Source of the DNA: Octopus bimaculoides
Taxonomy: Eukaryota
Length of the DNA stretch: 32,457 bases
NCBI RefSeq assembly: GCF_001194135.2
Contig: NC_068983.1
Span: 120,030,832-120,063,288, forward strand
Direction: 5' to 3'
The translations under genes were made by a program, and so were the position numbers. Below, one piece after another: positions 1 to 31,544 of the stretch. The notes under the pieces were generated by a model. It saw only the letters and a list, made by a program, of their open reading frames with translations. It had not been told where the DNA came from and ran no database searches. The stretch's first letter is position 1. Each line of letters opens with the position of its first letter.

Positions 1-108
1 TAAATGAGAGCTCAAAACTGATCCATTGAAAATACTTTATAATGATAATGATAATTATCATTATCATAATAAAGTATTTTCAATGGATCAGTTTTGAGCT
101 CTCATTTA
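1..108. repeat. Near-perfect 108-bp palindrome (may extend past the window start)
   Basis: Base i pairs with base 109-i throughout; the only mismatch is A41/A68; no loop. Confidence 0.95.
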
Positions 109-1238
109 AATCGATATAAATACAAAAACTCACTTGTGAGTATTTTGCTACGTTTGTTAACAGATACAATATTTTTGCCTAATTTTGGTATAAAAATATA
201 TATAAGTATGTATATATAACTAGAATAGGAATTTGAAGAATTAAACAGAACTCATTGCAAGTTCTCCACCCAGCATGCAGTTATTGAGAAAAACAGTGGT
301 TAAGGCTAGAGTTTAACCTCACCATCTTTCTGAAAATCCAGGAATCACAAAAGTGGAGAGCACATATGAATTAACTAGATAAGACAAGTGAGAGAATAGA
401 TGTTCATTCCATCTGTTAACAGCTGTTTTGTAATCTGTGTCTGGTTAAATTAGCGATGCTACATCATCTGACTCACATATAAATATATATATAAATATAA
501 TTGTACTGTAACATAATGAACAGACAACACATCAGAATGAATCATGGCAAGTGACACATCAAATTTCTGCTAGAATTAGCAAGTTTTTTTCTTTATATAG
601 TAGCTAGCTATAGATGCATTTGGCAGCATATAAATTGGTCAGATAATGTACATATGTATATGTAAAATATATATTACATTGTTGAAAGCTTAACACTCGA
701 GCTTGTTTTATAATGTCAAAGACTTCTATTATGCTTTTCATTCATTTTATGTTCATTGTTAAGGTTGTTGAAACTATAAATTTCAAACATATTAGAACAA
801 TAATAATATAAACTTTCTTCCCTAATGAGACTGTATATTTTTCAAACTATGAAATAAACTTCTGTATATTAATTTCTTTGGTTTTCAAGCAGTGTTCATT
901 GTATCTTCAAACTACTGTAAATATGAAATTTAACTTACAAACATGGAAGTTAAACAACAATTTTGTTTGTGTAGCTATACACAGCAGTCTCTTGATAGTT
1001 TAGTGAGGTTAAACTGAAACTGCAGTTGTCTCAATGTCTATGCAGGTTTGTTGAGAACTTAGTAAATATATGTCCAGGATTCATTCCATATAAGTCTCTG
1101 TGTGTGTACATACACACGCACACACTCACACTTTATACTCTAGTATAGTAAATATTTTCATAACAAACTTTTGGACTTAAGTGTAGTACCTGCTGTGATT
1201 GTTTCTCTTGTTTATCTCACTATAACTGATCTTTACAG

Positions 1239-21188
<19,950 letters not shown>

Positions 21189-22043
21189 ATAGTAAAAGAA
21201 AAAAAAGTTACATGGATTTTTTTTTTCTTTTCCTGGACAGATAGAACTCTATTGTGATGTTATCACAGAGTTTGCCTGGCTACCTTCACATCCGTCCAAA
21301 ATTATTGCATTCAAAACCCCCACCTCTTTTATAATATTTACTGCATTTATTTTGAGTTCTTTTCTAACTTTGTACCAAAGCTTTTATCGGATATTAATCT
21401 CAAACAAACATTTTTAATATATAAAATTTCAGAAATATCTTATTTTTTTTAACTTGCTCAAAATAGTTTTTAAACCTATTAGCAGCAATCAAAACCCACC
21501 TGACATGCTCAACAATGAAGACAATTTGGTGTCTTATATTCTATATATCCACAGTTAAACTGCTTCTTTCGGTGAACAAGAGGATTATTTGAACCACTGA
21601 TTTTATTTACAATTTCCATTTGTTTCAAATGTATAGACTTGCAAATTTGCAAATGTCTTTATTCAATTCAAGCTTGCTGTTTATCAATTCTAAATTGGTT
21701 TATATGTATATTTTTTTATTTTTAAAAACGTGATTGTAATCTTGAAGTTATTGATGGTAACTAATACAAGAACAAGCTCCCTATCTTCTACAAACTGCTA
21801 TATTAAACTACCAAGCAAAAGCTAATGATTAATTGTTAACTTGTTTTTTAGATTCTATTATTATTTTGAGAAAACCTTATCATTTCTGAGTCTATAATTT
21901 TGTTGTGAACTTCAAACCACTCCAGAAGTTACTTTTCTTATCATTTTAGAAGTGTTGGCTATAAGAATTTAGCTGATCATTCAAACACTAATTTTTGAGG
22001 CAATACTTTTGGAAGGCAAACTTTGTGTATTGATTCAACAATC

Positions 22044-22049
22044 AATAAA
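22044..22049 (+). promoter_or_regulatory. Candidate PLOD polyadenylation signal (AATAAA); alternatives at 22485-22490 and 22697-22702
   Basis: Hexamer about 860 nt after the PLOD stop. The region is AT-rich, so chance hits are common. Confidence 0.3.
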
Positions 22050-22623
22050 TCTTCACAATATTTTACTCTGTATATTACAGTAAAAATTATATAACAATCT
22101 TTTTTTTTTTGTTTACATTTACAACATGGGTATTTCCCCATCCCTTGTTCATATTTAATTTAAAAAATTTTTTTTTTTTTTTTTACATAAATCTAAGGTG
22201 TTAGCAAGCAGATTGTTATTTAAAAAAAAATCCATCAACAAAAGATATTTAAATTAGGATATTTACTACTTTTGTACTAAATTAGTGATGAAGTTAAGCT
22301 TCATCAATGATCACTGCTTACAATCAAATGTATTTGACTTGTTTTTGAGGAGAGAATTTTTATAACATTATCTTATTGATAGAGATTTCTCTAGAAAATG
22401 GTAAACATCAAAATGGCTCAATTTCAGGCACTTGCCAATACATCTTTTCTACTGTCTTCCAATGAACTACCAGCGAATTAAAGAAATAAAATTAAAAAAC
22501 AACCCCCACACTGCTATACATATAGAATATCAATTTCATAAGGTGTTTTTTAAAGAGATGTAAGAACAATATTTCTAACATATTTTGTAATAGATAAAAT
22601 AGGAAAAAAAAAAAAAAAAAGTG

Positions 22624-22633
22624 TTTATTTATT
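22624..22633 (-). promoter_or_regulatory. Candidate ZDHHC3/7 distal polyadenylation signal (overlapping AATAAATAAA)
   Basis: On the - strand, two overlapping AATAAA followed by CAC and a long U-run resembling a downstream element. Confidence 0.3.
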
Positions 22634-23304
22634 CCATAATGTTGAGAAAAAAAAAAAGTTAACATCAGACCAGCCATTTGTTTTTCATGTCATTGCAATA
22701 AAATGATGTTTTCTTGAAACCTATGAATTTTTGTTTTACTCAGACTTTTCACAGGATCAAGGAAACTAATAATGGTCTTTAACAGCCAACATCAGTAAAT
22801 GTTTGTTAAAAATAAAATAGGTTTGAGTGCTCTGAGAAGGTGGAAAATTCTAACATTATGAGCAGAATCGTACTTTAGAAAAAAAAGTGTGCTGAAAGAT
22901 TTCTTCAACTTAAATGGATACACTCCCAACACAATTATCTGCCCAACATCAGAGCCAAGCTTTTCTCATGGCAAATAAACTTGTTTTTAACTAATTTTCA
23001 TTTCAATTATATTGTTGTCTCTGTGTAAATTTGTTATACCACATCACACCTTCCAACAAATACTATCAAATGGATCATCCCCTTCCAATCAATCTATTGT
23101 AGTAATGACAAAATAAAAAAGGTAAAGACCCCTGTTGATCATGAATCACCATGGGATTGCACCTAGAAAGTTTTCCTCGGGTTGTTTATGGAAGACCAGC
23201 AGTCACCCATGCATACCAGCCTTTACCAATGTCATCCAAGGCAAAGGCGGAGACAGCTTGGCACCAGTGACATTGCAACTCATTTTACAGATGAGTCTTT
23301 TATG

Positions 23305-23470
23305 TGCCTGGCAATGACTTTATGTGAGATAATGTGTTTGAACTAAAATAATTACAGTGGCAGTCATTAAATCATGTGTACACCATTATATTTATTTTAT
23401 AATGTATATATATACATATGCACATATATAATATATATTTCTACATTTGTGGGATGAAGTTCAACAGTCA
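23305..23470 (+). repeat. Local direct repeat, copy 1 (copy 2 at 27815-27972)
   Basis: First 65 nt match copy 2 at 62/65; similarity continues with indels to aagttcaaca. Confidence 0.9.
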
Positions 23471-23597
23471 ATACTGGAGCAACATGGAATGAAGTGTCTT
23501 ACTCAAGAACACAACACACAGTCCCAGTCTGGGAATCAAACTCACTACCTCATGATTGTGGGCCTGATGCACTAACCTTCTAGCCATGCACCTTCAC
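23471..23597 (-). mobile_element. SINE family G 5' fragment
   Basis: Reverse complement reads gtgaaggtgcatggctagaaggttag...tttgattcccagactggg...cttgagtaagacact...ttgctccagt. Confidence 0.7.
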
Positions 23598-24634
23598 TAA
23601 AGAAAAATACTTAGTCATACATGCTATGATTCAGGTGAGGCTTATTGTATGCTGCCAGCTAACCATACAATCACTAATATTGGTGTGGAACAGTTTCATT
23701 GTTACATCAACTGTGTTGTACCTCCTTAACTCTGCCATTAGTCTACACTCTTCACTATAAACCACCAGTCTTGAAATCATTTGCTGCTGTTGTCAAGACA
23801 TCATTGAAAACTTCATTTTTATATACTATATTCAGGTTTCTTTAAACTGGATACACTATAGTAAAATTTGAACCTAGCACTGCAAGCTAACAAAACACTT
23901 GTCAAAACTTCAGTGGTGCTGTTTATAACATATTGTGACCCTGTCTTGCTTATTTGCAGTTTTGTAGACCAGGCAGTTTAAGATTAGTCTTGATCACAGA
24001 GTCAGTAGTGCAGCAAGAATAGGATTCTTCTCTTGGTAAGATATTGTAACAGTATCAGCTCTTTGTGTATCAATCCTTAAAACACTATAGTTCACCCGTT
24101 ATTAACAGCTCATTTTTATATATTGAATTTAATTCAAAGTAAAGTTGACATGATGGGAAAAATTTTCCAAACTTACATAGATATTTAAAAAAAAAAAAAA
24201 AAAAGGAAAAGTCAGGCATTATATTTTATGTGATGCTAACATAATGAACTGATCATCACTATTACTTTCATCTTGTTGGCTGGCTATTTCTGACGCCTCA
24301 AATCCTCTGGTATATATCTTTCTTACCATTAACCACCAGCTAATTTAGCAATGTTATCTGTGTTTACCAGTTAATTTAATATTTCTCCACTAGGTGCTTC
24401 CTTTTTAAATTCACCTAATTCTCACCCACCAAATTCAGTTTATTTTAAACTATACTACAATTTGTGAACAATAGTGATGGTGGTTACAAGTTTACAATGA
24501 ACCATTAATTGGTTCACTACATTTAGGACAATGAAAGTGACAAGGGCATGTCTGTAACTAGTTGCAGAACAACTATACATTTGAAAAGCACTGATATTTA
24601 AATCTTTCACAGGCAGGCAACATCAAAAACATGT

Positions 24635-24790
24635 TCAAATAAATACAATGGTCTTCCACACAGTTCTTCAACCTATACCTCATAAGTGGAATTTGGTGGA
24701 CTTGAGGCTATGATAAGATGCTTTTTCAAGGTGCTGTACAGTGAGGTCAACCTCAAAACCATGTAGTTGCAAAGTACATTATACAACCAT
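24635..24790 (-). mobile_element. SINE family A, highly degenerate 5' half
   Basis: gaggctat..taagatgcttt..caaggtgc...cagtg...aaccatgtagttg follows the family A head layout. Confidence 0.55.
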
Positions 24791-24887
24791 GACAGTACCT
24801 ATTTGTACACGCACACAATCTCCTGAATGCAACCGTTTTTTTTTTTTTTACATAATTCATGTTCTTTAAATTAAAAGGATTCTTAAT

Positions 24888-24922
<35 letters not shown>

Positions 24923-27437
24923 TTGATTTCCAATATTCAGAACAAAAAGTAGCATACGTTGTAAGACATGCTGATTTCAGTATAATGAAGAGTTTTGAAA
25001 TAATGGAATATTCTTTATTAAATAAGATAGGTTTGTGTTGACATGTGCTGCTGCTGATGTGGATGAAGATGATGTTGGAAAAAAAAAAACATTTACATAA
25101 CAAGGGCAGAAAAATATTCAAGTGTAATAAAATTAATAACTGAAAAATAAAAGTTTGTTTTTCAACATAGTTGTTACATTAAAAAATATACTAGAAGTTG
25201 ATGTTGACTGTAATTATATCACATGGCACAACTGGGAGACAATATTGAAAAAGGAAGGGCAGGGGTGTTGTAGGTACATTCCTCTAAAGCCTTGCAAAGC
25301 TGTTGCAGCATGCATGCTTAAGTAACAGAAAGTAAAAGCTGATAATTTCCTGAAAAGATTTTTTATATTTCTCTCACCCACGCTACTGATCCTGTAGACA
25401 AGCTTGATAAAAATTTTTACATGAACTGACCTCAACATTGAAAGAATTAAGCATCTCCTGCCCAATTATTCTATAGTTTTTTTTTTAAATACTTTTTGTT
25501 GTTGTTCTTTACTAATCAAAGTTTTACATACAAACTTGATTTGTTTTACGCAGATAACTTAATATTTAAGACACCTCAGCGGAATGTGCCTAGGTAACAG
25601 AGTTAACATAGCTCCCAATAGCTTATAACACAAATAACATAATATTTAAAACATCTGCCTGTAAAAATAACATTTCCAATGGTGAAAAAACAAAAAAAAA
25701 CAAACAAACAAAAATTTTCAAAAATTAAATTCAACAGCTAAACAATGACTTTAACCATACACAGAGAACTTATCAACAACGAGGCTATGTTGATATGGAG
25801 GTCACATTGTTGGGTATGTTAATTCAGAAGCTATCATATTGAGGATGTTCATTTGGCGGTGATCACTATAGAGATTACGTTACTGGAGATTGAGTAAGTC
25901 AGTACATGTCACAGTAAGGGTGTGTTGGCCATTAAGTTTGTCATAAAGACTATGTTCGATTAGTAGTCACTATATCATGTACACTGATGATACAGAGATG
26001 ATCAGCTTAGAATACACAGCCGTACTCTAAAATAAACTATTCACAGACAGGGCAGAATATTAACTGTGACTAAAAAAATATTCCAGCAAGTAATCAATAG
26101 TTCAGGTGGAAAACAAGCACATTCAAAGCTCTTCAAGTCCCATCTACTGTCATTCATTCAATCAAGCACACCTATGTTTTTCTAATTTACTTTCAAAATC
26201 CACAAATTCCAAATTGCTATTTAAACCATCCAAAATAAATTTTTAGTACCAAGCCATTAAAAAAATATCACTTGGTTAAAAAATTAACTGTCCATAGGCA
26301 TTTGTTAAAAAAAAAGGCATTTAAAAAAAAAATTGCCTTGACTGAATGCGTTTGAAAGTTGTACCTAGAAAATGTACATACTTCCTGTGGAATGATGAAT
26401 ATATAAGAGTGGATCCAACTGAAAACAGTAAGTAGAAGATAAAAATGAATAGCTACAAAGCATTAGCTAAAATTGTTTTAAAAAAAATAAAATCCAATGA
26501 TTAGTTGAGCAATTAAAACTTTCTATGTCAACAATAAAAAGGTAAATTAAAAACAAATGTGAAAATAATTGTTAAATGAAATTGACAATTTGATTTGGTA
26601 ACAGGCAACAACATCACTTGATGTGACTGTTTTATTACAACTGAAGTGGCATATTTTTTGTTGTCTTGCTAGAATAGTTGAACTGAGAACCATTTGAAAT
26701 ATGACAGGATAAATTACAGAACAAGTAATAACAGTTCTCTGGAGTCCAGACATAAGGTGTATGAATATTTCAATATCAACTTTGTCTTTTAACTTACATA
26801 AAAAGTTAGGGTCAAATGTTGGAAAAAATTACAGCAAGCACAGACAAAATGCTCTTCAATAAATTAAATGTTTCTTAGAGATGAGAGGAATAAAAGCAGA
26901 CTTTGTGGAAAAGTAGAAAAATGACAGTATATGTGGTAGAATATATGTAACCAATTTTGCGTAAGTATGTGTGTGCGTGAGTACACAAATATACATATAT
27001 ATATTAAGCAACATTGAGAAAAGTAAATTGTAAGGCATGATCTCAAGTTTGAAGTTTGTGTTTGGTTGGTGTAGATGTTTCGTAATTTGTATGGTCCTGT
27101 AGAAGTAGTTTTGAGAAGTAGTCTGAAATTAAAACTGATTGACAACTGATGTTGTCTCTGGAGAAGTTTTTATGTTACTTTGTTTATAGTTTCACTGAAA
27201 TATGTACTTCACGCACATGAGTACATGTTCTAATCAACAGAACCATCAGGTTGTCTTTTATAAAGCACCTGGGTGGTGGAAAAATACAAAGGAGATCCAG
27301 TTTTCAGTTTCCAATAAAAAAAATGGCTGTTGTTTGAACAGATGACATCACAAGTTCATGGCTAGTCACACTGACACAGGGTGGCTAGCTGGAGTTCAAC
27401 AAATAAACAAAACAAAACAACGATAAACAGTTTTGCT

Positions 27438-27596
27438 CTAGACGGCATATTGTTCATGTAGGAGTTTATATCCAAGAGGCTTGGAAAATGGTGAGAACCA
27501 ATGCAAACCAAATGGATGACCAAATACTGACTTAATGCTTAACCAACGAGATTTCCGCTCCCAGGTGGCTTGTTCTTTTTTTAGCTGTTCTATACC
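27438..27596 (-). CDS. ZDHHC3: ZDHHC3/7 terminal coding exon (GIEQLKKE...QYAV*)
   Basis: Minus-strand acceptor tctccttgcag; 52 codons + TAG (27438-27440); phase 0 matches the previous exon. Confidence 0.93.
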   Translation of the reverse strand, partial: GIEQLKKEQATWERKSRWLSIKSVFGHPFGLHWFSPFSKPLGYKLLHEQYAV

Positions 27597-30500
27597 CTGC
27601 AAGGAGATTCAATTATCATCGTAAGAATCATAAATAAATTTACAATAGTTCTTCAATATTATCTTATTTTGAGATGACAAAACAGTAGTAGGAGACTAAC
27701 TTCAAAACAATCTAGAGTTGCTAAAAACATTAGAGAACATATTTCTGTCTTATATCAGAACTCTGTGAACATGGCATTATTGGATCAATCAATTTCAATT
27801 TCGTGAATTTTATTTGCCTGGCAATGACTTTATCTGAGATAATGCATTTGAACTAAAATAATTACAGTGGCAGTCATTACAGTGATTAAACCATGTGCAC
27901 ACCATTATATTTACTTGTACTTTATTTGTAATACACACACATATTTCTACATGTGCAGTATAAAGTTCAACAAGTAGTAGAACAGTCAGTCAATTAAGAG
28001 ACTAAAGATATTAAAAAACAAATCAAACAAAAAAAAACAACAACATAAAAAGTATGTGAAATTTAGCTACTCAGGGTTTCTTGGTTGGAATATTAAATTT
28101 ATTTCAATATTTCTGAAGCCAGTAATGTCAACATGGTGTGTTAGCAACTTTGTATGAGATAATGAGGTTTAAAAGAGCATGTGCAATTTGAAAAGAAATT
28201 TAATATACACAGGCACACACACATTACTGATGGGCAGTCTTCAATTTTTTCTATTCAAAAGGGATTTTCAACCCAACATGCCACTATTATATATAGCTTT
28301 GTGTGCTTCAAGACCTACTATTCCAAAAAAAAAAAAAAAAATTAAAAATTAAAAAAAAAATTTGTGTGTGTGTGTGTGTAATGAGGCAGAAATGTCTTTC
28401 ATCATAAATCTCCTAGCTGGTCACTGATACCATACTTCACTGTACCTCCAATAGGGTAGTTGAGAGTGTCTGATTATAATACAATGAAGTAGACTATCAG
28501 TAGCCTGGTAGTAAATGTATGATGAAAGACTTCACTCAATAATACATATATAATATAAAACAGTGAAAGCAAATGTATTCTAAGACACATGTTAACATTA
28601 CCTCTATAGATTTTCTATAGAAATTATAGCCAACAGTAATTTATTATGATGTTTCTTATCCCATACATCTAATGTAAACGACAATGTGGTCGAAGATGGA
28701 AAAATAGGTAATGGGTGTATATGCCATATTTCAAGAGTTCTTGCTCCTTTTTTAGCACCATATCCAACCTATTAACCATCCAGGAACTCATTGCTTAAAT
28801 AGCCACTAAATATTGTTGTTGGCACTCCGTCGCTTATGATGTCGAGGGTTCCAGTTGATCCGATCAACGGAACAACCTGCTCGTGAAATTAACGTGCAAG
28901 TGGTTGAGCACTCCACAGACACGTGTACCCTTAACGTAGTTCTCGAAGATATTCAGCGTGACAAGGCTGACCCATTGAATTACAGGTACAACAGAAACAG
29001 GAAGTAAGAGTGAGAGAAAGTTGTGGTGAAAGAGTACAGCAGGGTTCGCCACCATCCCCTGCCGGAGCCTCGTGGAGCTTTAGGTGTTTTTGCTCAATAA
29101 ACGCTCACAACGCCCGGTCTGGGAATCGAAACCGCGATCCTATGACTGCGAGTCCACTGCCCTAACCACTGGGCCATTGTGCCTCCACAGCCACTAAATA
29201 TAGTGATGTAACATTACTGGATATACCAATTTTACATATTAAACACATTCCTGGCAGCTGGTACATATTAATTCCTTGCATGTACCAGCAAAAAGTTTGT
29301 GGATGGTTAATGGCTTGGTGCTGAAGGAGGAGCAAAAACTCCTGAAATATGCAGATACACCGATTGCCTATTTTCTCATCTTTGATCACACTTGTTTACA
29401 TTAGACATATTTGGATACAAAATGTCGTAATAAATCAGTACTGGCTATAATTTCTATAGAAAATCTATAGAGATGATCTTAATAGCATTGCTAACACAGT
29501 ATTGACTTATAAAGCATTTAATATACTTTGTAGAATATTATGGTTGCATAATGAAATATGGTATCCCTACAGGTAATTAATTTTAAGATACAATGACTTT
29601 ATTGCATACTTTAAAAAAAAAATCTGGGAAAGCCTGTCTCCCTCCCCAAGAAATCAAATAAATCAAAATTTATACCTGAAACAATATTTATTTATTGTTG
29701 TTATTCAGCCTGATCATGCAGTCTTTTTTTTTAACCCTAAACTCTTACCTTTTTCTTTAAGACTGCTAGGTGTGACTTGAGGAAGATTTGGCTACTATTT
29801 CTAACAAAGCTATTGTATAGAGTCTCCTACATTAATTTGACTTCCATATTATATATTATTATAGTATCTAGCATAAATGCAACAAAAACTGATAGCTACA
29901 TTGTGCAAGCATAGTTGCATGGTTAAGGAGTTCACTTTGTAACCACATGATTTTGGGTTCAGTTCCACTGAGTGGTACCTTGGGCAAGTATCTTTTACTA
30001 CAGTCTGGGCTGACCAAAACTTTGTGTGTGGATTTAGTGAAAGAAAACTGAAAGAAACCCCTTCATATATAATCTTTTATTTGTTTCAGTTGTTAGACTG
30101 CAGCCAAGCAGGGGCACTGCCTTGAAGAACTTTTAGTTAAATGAATTAACCACAGATACACCTGTGCCTTTATATATAAAATACGTGTGTGTGTGTACAC
30201 GTGTGTCTTCTTGTCTTGAAATTGCATGATAATTGTAAATGATTACTACTGTCATACAAGCAGTGCTCTTTTCCAATCTTCCATGAAAACATGACCACTT
30301 ATGAAGAAATATTACCTTAATTGCAAACAGGTGAAGGCTGTCGACATGAAGGGCATCTGGCCATAGAAAATCTGGCTTACCAAATTCTGTCCAGCCCATG
30401 TGAGCATAGTAAAATGGACATTAACATGATAATAAATAAAGATGACAGTTTATAGTATTTCATTGATCAACAAACAGAAATTAACTAAAAGATCACTTTT

Positions 30501-31330
30501 TCTGATGATCAGTTACACAAAACTCTGAGTAACAGTTTGTGAAGTTTTTCAGCTTCAATAAAACACTATATTTTATTCTACCTTTGGTATTTGAGTACCG
30601 TTTTCTCCATCTTGTTTTGCATCTATGTGCTTGCATGTTTGTGTATATGTGAGTGTGTGTGTGTACATGTATAAATATAGTGTGACAGCATCTGTATCTG
30701 TACACATTTACACTAGTTGAAAAACTGGTGTTGTGGCCTTTTATGTCCCTTAACTTGGTGGTTCAACGAATACAGATTGATGTCCTACAGCATGGTACCT
30801 TGGGCAAGTGTCTCCAACAAAAGCCCCAAGCCAACCAAAACCTTGTAAGTGGATTTGGTAGATGGAAACTGAAAGAAGCCCATCGTGCATGTATTACTGT
30901 CCCATTGTCTTGACATTGCATGATAGTTGTAAATGAATGTCACCATCATGAAAGCAGTGTTCTTCATTCCCAATCTTCTGTGTCTTGTCATTGGTAAATA
31001 TTACATTGCTTGGAAACAGGTGAGGGTTGATGACAGGAAGGGCATCCAGTCATAGAAACAATCTGCCTCAACAAAATCTGTCTGACCCATGTGGGCACGG
31101 AAAAACTAAACCGATGATGATATCATGGACCTCTCTAGCATGCCAATAAAATGATTATTAAATGAAAAGATAAAGAGTTGAAAACTAGCTTGAACTTACT
31201 GTTTCATCCGTGCATATAGCAGAAAGCTGTGAACCAAACATTATAGCTGTGAAGATGCCAAATAAAATTCCTTCAAATATGAGAATTATTAAGAAGACAG
31301 TTGTTGCAGGTGGAGAGAATGCTGGACAAA
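27438..31330 (-). CDS. ZDHHC3: Palmitoyltransferase ZDHHC3/ZDHHC7-like (GODZ family), last two exons: join(complement(31200-31330),complement(27438-27596)); upstream exons including the DHHC domain are outside the window
   Basis: Spliced translation [43 protein letters not shown]|[52 protein letters not shown] closely matches my recollection of the ZDHHC3 C-terminus ([29 protein letters not shown]). ZDHHC3 and ZDHHC7 cannot be separated for an invertebrate co-ortholog. Confidence 0.93.
27815..27972 (+). repeat. Local direct repeat, copy 2 (in the last ZDHHC intron)
   Basis: tgcctggcaatgactttat.tgagataatg..tttgaactaaaataattacagtggcagtcatta shared with copy 1. Confidence 0.9.
28592..29482. mobile_element. 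Long-inverted-repeat (foldback/MITE-like) element bounded by TTAA, interrupted by a SINE
   Basis: Arms 28602-28782 and 29300-29472 are reverse complements: outer 31 nt identical, remainder clearly alignable with many transitions; TTAA at 28592-28595 and 29479-29482. Confidence 0.75.
28814..29188 (-). mobile_element. Young full-length tRNA-derived SINE (family G variant) with a 13-bp target-site duplication
   Basis: AGCCACTAAATAT at 28801-28813 and 29189-29201; A box TGGCCCAGTGG, B-box-like GGTTTCGATTCC, short (AAC)n tail, many intact CpGs. Confidence 0.92.
29905..30065 (+). mobile_element. SINE family A 5' half
   Basis: aaccacatgattttgggttcagttccactg.gtggtaccttgggcaagt...aaactgaaagaaaccc. 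Confidence 0.8.
30190..30435 (+). mobile_element. RTE-like-tailed SINE body
   Basis: Homologous to 30890-31125 (ttgcatgata.ttgtaaatga...aaacaggtga.gg.tg...gaagggcatc...cccatg). Confidence 0.7.
30788..31125 (+). mobile_element. SINE family A head fused to an RTE-like-tailed body
   Basis: catggtaccttgggcaagtgtct...gtggatttggtagatggaaactgaaagaagccc, then a body ending ggaagggcatccag...gatgatgat. Confidence 0.75.
31200..31330 (-). CDS. ZDHHC3: ZDHHC3/7 penultimate exon (last TM helix to CTDET)
   Basis: Minus-strand acceptor ttctcattacag and donor gtaagt; 2 nt + 43 codons; hydrophobic TM segment followed by ICTDET. Confidence 0.93.
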
Positions 31331-31544
31331 CTGTAATGAGAAGATATTAATTGAATACATGAATACTATAACAAACAATGGCTTTACTGATGGAGAACTA
31401 TTTCACTTATTTCAGTGAGCAATATTTAATATAATGTATTAATGTTAATAGAGATAACAGAAGACCGAGATCTGTGATGCATTGCTGTACTCAAACAGAC
31501 TCACCTATCAACACAGTATTGAGATCCTAAATCCAAGGCGCCAC

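Noticed and set aside
23110-23304. GC-richer segment with an ACCTTT-like end on the - strand (track ORF 23135..23317)
   Set aside because: Looks like a retroposon 3' fragment but has no second copy in the window, so I cannot support a family or coding call.
29110-29188. tRNA gene (similar heads at 5100-5177, 13575-13652, 15361-15430)
   Set aside because: A/B boxes are present but I cannot fold a complete cloverleaf, and the sequence continues into a repeat body with TSD; it is a SINE head.
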